A DNA stretch of 64,000 bases from the human T2T-CHM13v2.0 reference genome, Homo sapiens, in NCBI RefSeq assembly GCF_009914755.1, contig NC_060947.1; one strand, 5' to 3'. A model generated the notes under the pieces. It saw nothing but the letters and a program-made list of their open reading frames with translations, was not told the origin of the DNA and ran no database searches. Shown here in pieces: positions 1 to 19,136 of this stretch (within the stretch, counting starts at the first letter, position 1; each line of letters starts with the position of its first letter). The translations under genes and the position numbers were made by a program.

Positions 1-750
<750 letters not shown>

Positions 751-759
751 GAGATAAAT

Positions 760-1128
760 TAACTTTAAACATAAATGATAGGAAAGAAGAATGGCTGAAA
801 GTCAATGACTGCCTTTCTAGCTGTCAGAAAAAGAACAGCATTAAAAACAAAGAAAGGTAATAAAGAATAAAAATTACTGAAATAGAAAACAAAGTTCAGT
901 AGAGAAGATCAACAATGCCAAAATTGAAAAGAGTAGAGCAAATAGTAACCAAGTAAAACAGTGTGAAGCCACAGAAGTATCATATCACAAAAGAAAAACC
1001 CAAAATGAATATGTATATATTGCATCAATATGAAGATAATTCATGTTAAAAATAATTATTTTACATTATAAATATTTTAATAAGAGATATGAACTTGAAG
1101 AATAAATAACAAGTTTTTAATACATTAA
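760..1128 (+). mobile_element. Ancient L1M(E) ORF2 fragment; appears to continue at ~14030
   Basis: A-rich sense ORF2-like sequence (GAAATAGAAAACAAAG...GAGAAGATCAACAATGCCAAA), roughly collinear with 14030-14760. Confidence 0.5.
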
Positions 1129-1341
1129 ACTTTTTTATATTTATATTTTTAATTTTTGTGGGTAGAAGTAAGTGTATATATTTATGGGGTATATGAGATG
1201 TTTTTGATACAGGCATGCAAAGGGAAATAAGCACATCATGAAGAATGAGGTATCCATACCCTCAAGCATTTATTTTTTGAGTTGCAAACAATCCAATTAC
1301 ACTCTTTTAGTTATTTTAAAATGTGCAATTAAGTTATTATT

Positions 1342-1595
1342 GCCAGGCACGGTGGCTCACACCTGTAATCCCAGCACTTTAGGAGGCAAAGGCAGGTGAA
1401 TCACTTGATTTCAAGAGCTTGAGACCAGCCTGGCCAGCATGGTGAAACCCAATCTCTACCAAAAAGTACAAAAATTAGCCAGGTTGAGGCAGGAGAATTG
1501 CTTAAACTCAGGAGGCAGAGGTTGCAGTGAGCCAAGATTGCACCACTGCACTCTAGCCTGGGTGACAGAGTAAGAACTTGTTTCAGAAAAAAAAA
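1342..1595 (+). mobile_element. AluS with ~40-bp right-arm deletion
   Basis: Alu consensus match; TSD AAGTTATTATT(G) at 1331-1342 and 1596-1607; ATTAGCCAGG joins directly to TTGAGGCAGGAGAAT. Confidence 0.93.
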
Positions 1596-2830
1596 AAGTT
1601 ATTATTGACTATAGTCACCCTGGTGTGCTGCCAAACACAGCATTCTTTCTACTTGTTTTTGTAAACATTAACCATCCCCACCTCTCCTCTACCCCCTCCT
1701 ATAACTATATGCCATTTTAACTGGGGTGAGATGATATCTCATTGTAGTTGTGATTTACCTTTCTCTGATAATCAGTGATGTTGAGCACATATGCCTGTTT
1801 GCAATTTTTATGCCTTCTTTTGAGAAATGTCTACTCAGAATGTTTGGCCCATTTTTTGATGGGATTATTACATTTTTTCCTATAGAGTTGTTTGAGTTCC
1901 TTATATATTCTTATTATTAATTCCTTGTCAGATGGATAGTTTCAAAATGTTTTCTTCCATTCTCTGGGTTGTTTCTTCACTTTGTTGATTGTACCCTTTG
2001 CTGTGCAGAAGCTTTTTAACTTGATATGATCCCATTTGTCCATTTTTGCTTTGGTTGCCTGTGCTTGTGGGGTATTGCCTAAGACATTTTTGCCCAGACC
2101 AATGTCCTGGAGACATTTTCCGATGTTTTCTTATAGTAGTTTCATAGTTTGAGGTTTAGACTTAACTCTTTAATCAATTTTGATTGGATTTTTTTATATG
2201 GTGAGAGATAGTGGTCTAGTTTATTTCTTGCCTGTGGATATTCCGTTTTCCCAGCACTGTTTATTCAAGAGACTGTCTTTTCCCCAGTGTATGTTCTTGG
2301 CAGCTTTGTTGAAAGTAAGTTCACTGTGGGTGTGTGGACTTGTTTCTTGCTGCTCTATTCAGCTCCTTTGGTCTATGTGCCTGTTTTTATGCCAGTATCA
2401 TGTTGTTTTGGTTATTAAAGCTCTGTAATATAATTTTACATTAGGTAACGTGATTCCTCCAGTTTTGTTCTTTTTGCTTAGGATAGCTTAGGCTATCCTG
2501 GGTCTTTCATGGTTCCATATAAATTTTAGGATTCTTTGTCTATTTCTGTGAAGAATGTCATTGGTATTTTGACAAAAATTGCATTGAATCTGAAGATTGC
2601 TTTGGGTAGTATGGACATTTTAACAATATTGATTCTTACAATTCATCAACATAGAATTTTTTAAATTTATTGGTGTTCTCGATTTCTTTCACCAGTGTTG
2701 CATAGTTTTTATTATAAAGATTTTTCACTTATTTTGTTAAGTCGAATCCCACTTATAAATTCACTTATTTAGTTAAGTCGAATAAGTATTTAATTTTAGG
2801 TGTGGGTATTGTAAATGGAATTACTTTTTA

Positions 2831-3238
<408 letters not shown>

Positions 3239-6200
3239 TTACTGAATTTGTTTACCCATTCTAATAGTTTTCTTGTGAAGTCTTAATGTTTTTCCAAATA
3301 TAAGATCATAGCATCTGCAACAAGGATAATTTGACTTCTTCCTTCCCAATCTGGATGTCCATTATATCTTTTTCTTGTCTGATTGCCCTAGCTAGGACCT
3401 CCAGTACTATGTTGAATAACAGTAGTGACAGTGGGCATTCTTATCTTGTTTCCAATCTCAGAGGAAAGGCTTTCAGTTATTTTCCATTCAGTATGATACT
3501 AGCTGTTGGTCTGTCACATATGGCTTTTGTTATGTTGAGGTAGGTTCCTTCTATTCTTGGTTTTTTAAGGGTTTTCATCTTAAGGGGATGTTGAATTTAT
3601 CAAATACATTTTCAGCATCAATTGAAATGATCATATGATTTTTATCTTTCATTCTGTTGATATGATGTATCACATTGATTGAATGCATATGTTGAACCAT
3701 CCTGACATCCCTGGTATAAATCCCACTTGGTCAAGATGAATTATCTTTGTAATGTATTGTTGAATTCTGTTTGCTAGTATTTTGTTGAAAAATTTTACAT
3801 CACTATTCATCAGAGCTATTGGTCTGTGGTTTTCTTTTCTTTCTTTCTTTTTTTTTATGTGCCTTTGTCTGGTTTTTAGTATCAGGGTAATACTGGCCTC
3901 ATAGAATGTGTTTGAAAATATTTCTTCCTTCTCTGTTTTTTGGAATAGTTTGAGTAGGATTGACATTAGTTCTTTAAATGCTTAGTAGAATTCAGCAGTG
4001 AAGTCTTCAGGTCCTGGGCTTTCCTTTACTGGGGCGGGGGGGGGGAGATTTTTTATTACAGTGTTGATATCATTACTTGTTATTGGTCTGTTCAGGTTTC
4101 GGACTTCTTCCTGATTCAATCTTGGTAGCTTGCAGTGTGAAGGAATTTGCTCATTTCTTCCAGATTTTCCAATTTATCGGCATACAGTTGCTTATAGTAG
4201 CCACTAATGATCCTTTGAAATTCTGCAGTATCTGCTGCAATGTCTCTTTTTTCATTTCTGGTTTTATTTATTTGTAACTTTTCTGATTTTTTCTTAGTGT
4301 GGCCAAAGGTTTGTCTATTTTATCTTTTCAAAAACCAAACTTTTTGTTTCATTGATTATTTTGTATTATTTTTCTTTGTTTTAATTTATCTTATTTCTGC
4401 TCTGATGCTTATTATTTCTTTTCTTCTACTAATTTTGGCTTTGATTTTCCCTTGCTCTTCTAGTTCCTTAAGTTGCATCATTAGATTATTTATTTGAAGT
4501 TTTTCCTCTTTATGATATAGACACTTATAGCTAATAACCTTCTCTCTTCATACTGCTTTGGCTGTACCCAATGGGTTATAATATGTTGTGCTTTCATTAT
4601 CATTTGTGTCAAGAAATGTTTCAATTTCCTTCTGAATTTCTTCACTGACACACCAGTCATTCAAGAGTATGTTGTTTAATTTGCATGTGTTTGTATAGTT
4701 TCAAAATTTCCTCTTGTTATTGACTTATAGTTTTATTCCATTGTGGCCAGAGAAGATGCTTGATATCATTTTAATATTTTTGAATGCTTTAATAGTTGTT
4801 TTGTGGCCTAACATATGATCTATCCTTGAGAATAATTCATGTGCTGAGGAAAATAATGTGCATTCTGCAGCTGTTTGATAAAATGTTCTGTAATTATCTG
4901 TTAGAGCCATTTGGTCTCCCATGCAGATTAAGCCTGATGTTTCTTTGATCATTTTCTGTCTGAAAGATCTGTCTGGAAGACCTGCTCAGTGCTGAAAGCG
5001 GGTGTTGAAGTCTCCAGCTATTATTGTGTTGGGGCCTTTCTCTCTCTTTAGTTCTATGTCTTTTTTATATCTGGGTGTTACGGCATTGGGTGCATATATA
5101 TTTAAAATTGTTATAGCCTCTTGATGAATTGACCCCTTTATCATTATTGAGTGAACTTATAGAGTCTCTTGTAGTTTTTGTCTTGAAATCTACTTGTCTG
5201 ATATAAGTATAGTGACTTCTGCTCTTTCATGATTTCTGTTGGCTTGAAATATCTTTTTTTCATCCCTTAATTTTCAGTCTATGGGTGTCTTTATAGGTGA
5301 AGTGTGTTTCTTACATGCAACAGATAAATGGGTCCTGTCCTTTCATGCATTCAGCCAGTTTATATCTTGATTGGAGAGTTTATTCAATTTACATTAAATG
5401 TTGTTGATAAGTCAGCACTTACTCCTGTCATTTTGCTATTTGTTTTCTAGTTGTTTTGTGGTCTTCTCTTCCTTATTTCTTTTCTTCCTGTTTTCCTCTA
5501 GTGAAGGTGATTTTCTCTGGTGTATGATTTAGTTTCTTGCTTTTATTTTTTATGTAGCATGTTTTTTGGTTTAAGGTTACCATCAGGCTTGCAAATACTA
5601 TGTTATATCCTGTTATTTTAACTGGTAAATAACTTAACACTGTTTGCATAAACAAACAAACAAAAAGAAAACTAATGTAAATTCTACACCTTAACTTCAT
5701 CCCCTTGCTTTTTAACTTTTTGTTGTCTCTATTTCTATCTTATTGTATGGATTATGTCTTGAAAAGTTGTTGTAGTTATTATTTTTCATTGGTTTAATTT
5801 TTAGTCTTTCTACTTGGGATAAGAGTAGTTTACACACCACAGACACAGTGCTATAATATTCCGTGTTTTTCTGTGTACTTACTATTACCAGTGAGTTTTT
5901 TTTACCTGTAGGCAATTATTTATTGCTCATTAACATCCTTTTCTTTCAGACTGAAGGACTCCACTTAGCATTTCTTCTAGGACAGGTCTGGTGCTAATGA
6001 AATCCCTTAGCTTTTGTTTTTCCGGAAAAGTCTTTATTTCTCCATATTTGAAAGATATTTTCACTGGATACACTATCCTAGTGTAAAAGTTTCTTTTTTT
6101 CCTTTAGTACTTTAAATATGTCATACCACTCTCTCCAGGCCTATAAAGTTTGCACAGAAAAGTCTGCTGCCTGACATATGGAAGCTCTATTGTATGTTAT

Positions 6201-6516
6201 TTGTTTCTTTTCTCTTACTGCATCTAAGATCCTTTTTCTATCCTTGAAATTTGGGAGTCTGATAATTAAATGCCTTGAGCCTTTTTTGGATTAAATCTCC
6301 TTGATGTTCTGTAACCTTCTTGTACTTGGATATTTATATCTTTCTCTAGATTTGGGAAGTTCTCTATTATTATCACTTCGAATAAACTTTCTACCCTTTT
6401 CTCTTTCTCTACCTCCTCTTTAAGGTCAATAACCTTAGATTTGCTCTTTTAAGGTTATATTTTTGATCCCGTAGGCATGCTTCATTGTTTTTATTATTTT
6501 TGTAGGGAAAACTCAG

Positions 6517-10070
<3,554 letters not shown>

Positions 10071-10071
<1 letters not shown>

Positions 10072-11620
10072 CAACTTAATGAAATAAAGTGTGAAGACAA
10101 GATTAGAGAAAAAAGAATAAAAAGAAAGGAACAAAGCCTCCAAGAAATATGGGACTATGTGAAAAGACCAAATCTACATTTGACTGGTGTACCTGAAAAT
10201 AATGGGGAGAATGGAACCAAGTTGGAAAACAGTCTTCAGGATATTACCCAGGAGAATTTCCCCAACATAGCAAGACAGGCCAACATTCAAATTCAGGAAA
10301 TACAGAGAACTCCACAAAGATACTCCTCAAGATGGGCAACCCCAAGACACATAATTGTCAGATTCACCAAGGTTGAAATGAAGGAAAAAATGTTAAGGGC
10401 AGTCAGAGAGAAAGGTTGGGTTACCCACAAAGGGAAGCCCATCAGACTAACAAACAGTGGATATCTCTGCAGAAAACCTGCAAGCCAAAAGAGAGTGGGG
10501 GCCAATATTTAACATTCTTAAGGAATTTTCAACCCAGAATTTCATATCCAGCCAAACTAAGCTTCATAAGCGAAGGAGAAATAAAATCCTTTACAGACAA
10601 GCAAATGCTGAGAGATTTTGTCACAACCAGGCCTGTCTTACAAGAGCTCCTGGAGGAAGCACTAAACATGGAAAGGAACAACCGGTACCAGCCACTGGAA
10701 AAACATACAAAATTGTAAAGACCATCGACACTATGAAGAAACTGCATCAACTAACAGGCAAAATAACCAGCTAGCATCATAATGACAGGATCAAATTCAC
10801 ACATAACAATATTAAACTTAAAAGTAAATGGGCTAAATGCCCCAATTAAAAGATGCAGACTGGCAAATTGGATAAAGAGTCAAGACCCATCAGTATGCTC
10901 TATTCAGGAGACCCATCTCACGTGCAAAGAAACACATAGGCTCAAAATAAAGGGATGGAGGAAGATTTACCAAGCAAATGGAAAGGAAAAAAAAGCAGGG
11001 GTTGCAATGCTAGTCTCTGATAAAACAGACTTTAAACCAACAAAGAAAAAAAAAAAAGACAAAGAAGGGCATTACATAATGGTAAAAGGATCAATGCAAC
11101 AAGAAGAGCTAACTATCTGAAATATATTTTCACTCAATACAGGAGCACCCAGATTCATAAAGCAAGTTCTTAAAGACCTGCAAAGACACTTAGACTCCCA
11201 CACAATAATAGTGGGAGACTTTAACACCCCAATGCCAATATTAGACAGATCAACGAGACAGAAAATTAACAAGGATATTCAGGACTTAAACTCAGCTCTG
11301 AACCAAGCGGACCTAATAGACATCTACAGAACTCTCCACACCAAATCAACAGAATGTACATTCTTCTCAGCACCACATCACACTTATTCTAAAATCGACC
11401 ACACAATTGGAAGTAAAACACTCCTCAGCAAATGCAAAAGAACAGACATAATAAGAAACAGTCTTTCAGACCACAGTGCAATCAAATTAGAACTCAGGAT
11501 TAAGGAACTCACTCAAAACCGCACAACTACATGGAAACTGAACAACCTGCTCCTGAGTGACTACTGGGTAAATAACGAAATCAAGGCAGAAATAAATAAG
11601 TTGTTTGAAACCAATGAGAA
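10071..11620 (+). mobile_element. Inverted 5' segment of the L1PA7-like insertion (ORF1 C-terminal part plus ORF2 endonuclease), disrupted
   Basis: Plus-strand peptides EQSLQEIWDYVKRPNL (ORF1), MTGSNSHITIL (ORF2 start at 10782), GDFNTP and [10 protein letters not shown] (EN motifs); ends at GAAACCAATGAGAA. Confidence 0.93.
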
Positions 11621-14029
11621 GATAGCTTTTTATTTTTTTGTCTCCTCTGACCGTGTAGTTTCAAATAGCCTGTCTTCAAGCTCATTCATTCTTTCTTCTG
11701 CTTGATCAATTCTGCTATTAAAGGATTCTGATGCATTCTTCAGTATGCCAGTTGCATTTTTCATCTCCAGAATTTCTGCTTGATTCTATTTAATTATTTC
11801 AATTTCTTTGCTAAATTTATTTGATAGAATTCTGAATTCTTTCTCTGTGTTATTTTGAATGTCTTTGAGTTGCCTCAACACAGCTAATTTGAATCTCTGT
11901 CTGAAAGGTCACATATCTTTGTTTCACCAGGATTGGTCCCTAGTGCCTTGGTTAGTTCATTTGGTGAGGTCATGTTTTCCTGGATGGTGTTGATGCTAGT
12001 AGACGTTCATCTGTGTCTGGGCATTGAAGAGTTAGATATTCATAGTAGTCTTCATTGTCTGGACTTATTTGTAGCAGTCCTTCTTGGGAAGGCTTTCTAG
12101 TTATTAGAACAGACATAGGTGTTGTGATCTAAGCTGTATCTGCTTCAGGGTGCATCCCAAGCCTAGTAATGCTGTGGTTCTTGCAGCCTCATACAAGTAC
12201 CACCTTGATGGTCTCCGACCAGATCTGAGAGAATTCCCTGGATTAACAGGAAGATAATCTTGTTCTCTTCCCTTTCTTCCAAACAGAGAATCTCTCTCTG
12301 TTCTGAGACATGTAAAGCTGGGGGAAGAGTATCCACAAGCACCCCTGTGGATACCACCACTTTGACTGTACTAGATGAGACCTGAAGCCAGCACAGCACT
12401 ACCTGTTGCCCAAGGCCTGCCCTAACCATTCTCTGGCTACTGCCTATATTCACACAAGGCCCTGCAGCTCTACAGTCAGCAGGTGGCAAAGCCAGCCAGG
12501 CCTATGTCCTTCCCTTCAGCATGGTGAGGTCCTTAGGCCCTGGATGGGTCCAAAGTTGTCATCCAGGATTCAGGGCTAGAGTTAAGAACCTTAGAAGTCT
12601 ACCTGGTGTTCTATTGTACTGCAGCTGAGCTGGCACTCAAACCAAAAGTTGCAGTCCTTCCCATTCTTTTCTCTCCTTTCTGAATGTAGAGGAGCCTCGC
12701 CCCACGTCCGCCGCCACCCTAGGCCACAAGGCATACAGCCAAACTACTGCCAATGTTCCCTTAAGGTCCAAGCACTAAGTGAGCTTGTGGTGAATGCTGC
12801 CTGGCCTGGGAGTCAGCTTTCATGGCAGTGGTCTCCTCTCTGGCCCAGGGCAGGTCCAGAAATGACATCCAAGAGCCAAGTCCTCGAATCGAGGACCTCA
12901 AGAACCTGCTTGGTGCTCTACCCTGCCATGGCTGAGCTGGTACCTAAGGTGCAGGACGAAGTCCCCTTTACTTTTCCCTCCATTTTTTTTTTTTTCAAGC
13001 AGAAGGAGTCTTCCCCATAGCTACCATGGTTAGGAATGTGCTGAGTCTCACCTGAGACCAGCAAGTCTTAGCATCTCACCCAAGGCTCTTAACATAGCAC
13101 CTGGATTTTGTTGCTGGTTATTCAGGGCCCAAGAGCTGTTCAGTTAGCAGGCGATGAATGCTGCCAGGACAGGCTCCTTCCCTTCAAGGCACTGGGTTCC
13201 TTTCTGGCCCAGTGTGTGTCTAAAAATGTAATCTGGGAACTAGGGCCTAAAACGGGGGCCTCATGACTCTGACCTCTGTCCTAGTCTACTGTGGCTGATC
13301 GGATATCCAAGATGCAAGACAAAGTCTTCCTCACTCTTCCCTCTCCTGCCCTCAAGCAGAAGGAAGGGGTCTCTTTTGGAGCTGCTAGCTATGCAGCCTG
13401 GAGTTAGGGGAGGGGTGGTGCCAGCAGCACCTTGTCTGCCCCAGCTGGTGCCTCAATATGTCACATGCCCTCCCCCTACCCAGTCCACTGTGTCTGGGCC
13501 CAGTTCAGCACTAGGACTCACCTAAGAATTACAGTCTTTATGGCCTAGACTGCCTTTCAAGTTTACTTAGAGACCAAAAGCACTTTGACCATTCGTAGCA
13601 AGGTTTGAGGAAACTCAAGTGTGGAACCCTGGGATCAGTGATTCCCCTCTGACTAGGGCTAGTTTAAATGCTCCCTCCATGGGCAGGTGTCAGCTGAGTT
13701 CGATCCAGTTTTTCTGTTTGCTCTAACAGAACAGCACTGAGTTCAATGCCTCACAATTGCTGTGTTCTCGCTTCTTCAGTGCCCAGAAATGCTCTCTGCA
13801 CCATGCCACGTGCTGGGGAGGGGTGGTGTCGGTGATTCAAGACTGTTCTTTTTCTATTTTTCCAGTGCCTCTTTCAGGGATATGAAGTTACAGCGAGGTA
13901 CTATGAGTGCTTGCCTGATTTTTGGTACTTATGAAGGTGTTTTTTTCTGTGTAGATAGTTAGTAACTTGATGTCCTTGCAGGAGGGATGATTGATAGAGG
14001 CTTCTATTCTGCCATCTTGATCCACCCCC

Positions 14030-14760
<731 letters not shown>

Positions 14761-14765
14761 TCAAG

Positions 14766-14849
14766 CAGGATTTTGCAAACTGCAACTCATTGACCAAATC
14801 CAACCCATTATTTATTTTTACAAAATTGTACTAAAACACAGCCACACCC
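14766..14849 (+). mobile_element. MER58-like hAT-Charlie DNA transposon fragment
   Basis: CAGG..GCAAACT...CCAAATCC...AAAACACAGCCACACCC resembles the MER58 5' end. Confidence 0.5.
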
Positions 14850-14927
14850 TTTAAATAATTTTTAATTGAAATATAATAACTAAACCTATTTATAGAGCAC
14901 ATTGTGATGTTTCAATACATGTATACG

Positions 14928-15025
14928 TTGTGCAATGATCAAATCAGGATAATTAGTATATCCATCACCTCAAACATTGTGCAATGATCCAATCAGGGTA
15001 ATTAGTATATCCATCACCTCAAACA
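14928..15025. repeat. 49-bp tandem duplication (2 copies, 2 mismatches)
   Basis: TTGTGCAATGATC(A/C)AATCAGG(A/G)TAATTAGTATATCCATCACCTCAAACA twice. Confidence 0.95.
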
Positions 15026-18000
15026 TTTATCATTTATTTGTGATGAGAACATTTAAAATTCTCTCTTCTGGCTATTTTTAAATATACAGTACATTACTAT
15101 GTATAGTCATTTTAGACTATAGTCACCCTATTGTGCAATAGGACACCAGAATGTATTCCTCTAAATGTAACTTATACCCCAGAACCAATACTCTTCATTG
15201 TCCCCTCCCTTTTGCCCTCCCCATTCTCTGGTAAGCACTGCTGCTATACTTTCTACTTCTACAAGATCAGCTTGTTTAGATTCCACATATGAGTGAGATC
15301 AGAGATCAGGTGTTATTTATATTTCTCTATTTCTCTGCCTGGCTTATTTCACTTAATATGATGTCCTCCAGGATTATCAATGTTGTCAAAATGACAGAAT
15401 ACTTTTTTTTGCCTGAATAGTATTCCTTTCTGTATGTATACCATTTTTTATCTATTGATCCGTTGATGGACATGAGGTTGATCCTATATCTTGACTAGTG
15501 TGAACAATGCTGCAATTAACATGATAGTGCAGATATCAACACACTGATTCCATTTTTTAAAAATATATACCCAATAGTGAGAATGATGGATCATGTGGTA
15601 GGCATATATTTTCACAGAGCCTCAACATTTTTATTGGCTATTTACAAAAAATATTGTGGGTACATAATAGGTGTATACGTTTATAGGGTATATGAGATAT
15701 TTTGATACAAGCATACAATGTATAGTAATCATATTTCAAGGTACATGGGGTACCCATCACTTCAGGCATTTATCTTTTCTTTGTGTTACAAGCAATCTAA
15801 TTATACTCTTCTAATTTTTTTACAGTGGACAATAAATTATTGTTGATTGTAGTCACCCTGTTGTACTAGATCTTATTCATTCTAACAATATTTTTCCACC
15901 CATTAACAATCCCTATTTCCTCAACCCCCGGACTATTTTCAGCCTCAGGTAAACATCTTTCTACTCACAGTCTCCGTAAGATTGGTAGTTTTACTTTCGG
16001 CTCCCACAAATAAGTGAAAACATGCAAAATTTGTCTTCCTTTGCCTGAATTATTTCATTTAACAAAATGTCCTCCAGTTCCATCTATGTTGTTTCAAATA
16101 AAGGGATCTAATTATTTCTATTACTTAATAGTACTTCAGTATGTATATGTACCACATTTTCTTTATACATTCATCTGTGGTGGACACGTAGGTTGCTTCC
16201 AAATCTTGGCTATTGTGAGCAGTGCTGCAATAAATGTGGAAGTGCAGATATCACTTCTATATACTGATTCCCTTTCTTCCAGATATAAATCTATCAATTT
16301 GATTACTCGTTCATGTGGTAGTTACATATGTAGTTTTGTGAAGAACCCCTAAACATTCTCCAAGGAGTTGTACTAATTTACATTGCCACTAAGAGTGTAT
16401 GAGGGCTCCCTTATCCTTGCTGGCATTTGTTACTACCTGTCTTTTGGATATAAGCCATTCTGACTGGGGTGGGATAATAGTTCATTGTAGTTTTGATTTG
16501 CATTTCTCTGATGCTTATTAATGTTGAACACCTTTTCTTATACCTGTTTTGCCATTTGTATTTCTTCATTTTAGAAATGTCTATTAAGAACTATTTCCCA
16601 TTTTTAAATCAGATTATTAGATTTATTCCTATTAAGTTGTTTGAGCTTCTTATATATTCTGGCTAGTAATCACTCATCATATGGATAGTTTGCAAATATT
16701 TTCTCCCATCCTGTGAGTTACGACTTCACTTTGTAGATTGTTTCCTTTGCTATGCAGAAGCTTTCTAACTTGATATAATTTCATTTGTCCATTTTGCTTT
16801 GATTGCCTGTGCTTCTGGGGTATTATTCAAGAAATATTTTCCCATATCAGTGCCCTGGAGAGTTCCCCCAATATTTTATTTTAGGAATATCATAGTTTGA
16901 AGTTTTAGATTTAAGTATTTAGTCCATTTTTATTTGACTTTTATATGGCTAGAGATAGGGGTCAAGTTTTATTTTTCTGCATATGGATATTCAGTTTCCT
17001 AGCATCATTTATTAAAGAGACTTTCCCCAATACATGTTCCTGGCACTTTTCTCAATAATGAGTTTACTGTAGATGTGTGGATTTATTTCTGGGTTCTCTA
17101 TTCTATTCCTTTGGTCTATGTGTCTGTTTTTGTGCCAAGACCATGCTGTTTTGGTTACTATGGCTCCATAGTATAATTTGAAGTCAGGTAATGTGATTCC
17201 TCTGATTTTATTATGTTTGCTCAGGATAGCTTTGGTTATTTTATGCCTTCTGTGGTTCCATATACATTTTAGATTTTTTTTTTATTTCTGTGAAGACTGT
17301 CATTTGTATCATTTTGACAGAGATTACATTGACTCTGTAGATTGCTTTAAGTAGTATGGACATTTTAACAACATTGATTCTTCAATATTGTTGAATATCT
17401 TCCCATTCTTTGTGTCCTCTTCTATTTCTTACATGAATGTTCTATAGTTTTCATTGTAGAGATCTTTCAGTTCTTTGGTTAAGTTAATACCTTGGTATTT
17501 TATTTTCTTTGTAGCTATTGTGAATGGGATTACTTTTTCGATTTCCTTTTCAGATTGTTTAATGTTGGCATATAGAGATAGTACTGACTTTTGTATGTTG
17601 ATTTTGTATCCTGCCACATTACTGAATTTGTCAGTTCTAACCGTTTTTAGTGGAGTCTTTAGGGTTGTTTTTATTTTCAAATATAAGAGCATCTGCAAAC
17701 AAGGATAATTTGACTTCTTGCTTTCCAGTTTAGATGTATTTTCTTTCTCTTGTCTGATTGCTCTAGTTTAGACTTTCAGTATGATTTTCAATGACAGTAG
17801 TAAAATGGGGCATACATGTTATGTTCCAGATCTTAGAGGAAAATCTTCCATTTTTTCCCATTCAATATGATACTATCTGTGGGGCTGTTTATGGATTTAA
17901 GTGTGTTGAGGTATGTTCCTTCTGTACCCAGTTTCTTTGAGGGTTTTTATTATAAAGAGATGTTGAATTTTATCAAATTCTTTATCAGCATCAATTACAA

Positions 18001-19136
18001 TAATCACATGGCTTTTGTCTTTCTTTCTGTTGAAATGATATATCACATTGATTCATTTGCATATGTTTGACCATCCTTATGTCCCTGGCATAAATCTTAC
18101 TTGGTCATAATAAATTATCTCCCTAATATGTTGTTGAATCTGGTTTGCCAGTATTTTGTTGGGGAATTTTGCATTAATGTTCATTAGGGATTTTTGACAT
18201 ATAATTTTGTTTTGTTTTTTAAGGAGTCTTTGTTTTTTGGTATCAGGGTAATACTGGCCTCATAGAATGAATTTGGAAGTATACCCTCCTCTATTTTTTG
18301 GAATAGTTTGAGTAGGATTGGTATTAGTTCTTCTTTAAATGTTTGGTAAAATTCAGTAGTGAACCCATCAGGTCCTGGACTTTTCACTGGTGGGATACTT
18401 TTTTTTAATTAGTTTCATTTCATTACTTGCTATTGCTCTGGTCAGGTTTTTGATTTCTTCATGGTTCAATCTTGGTAAAGTGTATGTTTCTAAAAGTTTA
18501 CTTCTTCTAGGCTTTTTATTTTTTGGCATAATTGCTCATAGTAGCCTTTAATGGTCCTTTGAATTTCTTTGGTATCAGTTGTAATGTGCCCTTTTTCATT
18601 TCTGATTATATTTATTTAGGTCTTCTGTTTCTTTTGTAGTTAGTCTGGCTAAAGATTTGTAGCTTTTGTTTATCATTTCAAAAACCCAACTTTTCATTTT
18701 GTTGCTCTTTCATATTGCTTTATTTCTTTCTATTTCATTTACTTTTGTTCTGATCTTTATTATTTGTTTTCTTCTACTAATTTGGGGTTTGGTTTTCTCT
18801 TGCTTTTCTAGTTTCTTAAGAGGTATCATTAGGTACTTATTTCAAGTTTTCCCATTTTTTTTTGTGTAGGTACTTATTGCTATGAATGTTCCTCTTAGTA
18901 ATCCTTTTCTGTATCCCATAGGTTTTGTTTGTTGTGTTTTCATTTTCAAAGGTTTCAAGAAATTTTTAAATTTCTTTCTTAGTTTCTTCATTTCCTCACT
19001 GGTCATTTGGGAGCATACTGTTTTATATCTGTGTGTTTGTATAGTTTCCAATATTCCTCTTGTTATTGACTTCTAGATTTATCTCATTATGATCAGATAA
19101 GATACCTGCTATAAGTACATTTTTTTGAATTTTTAA

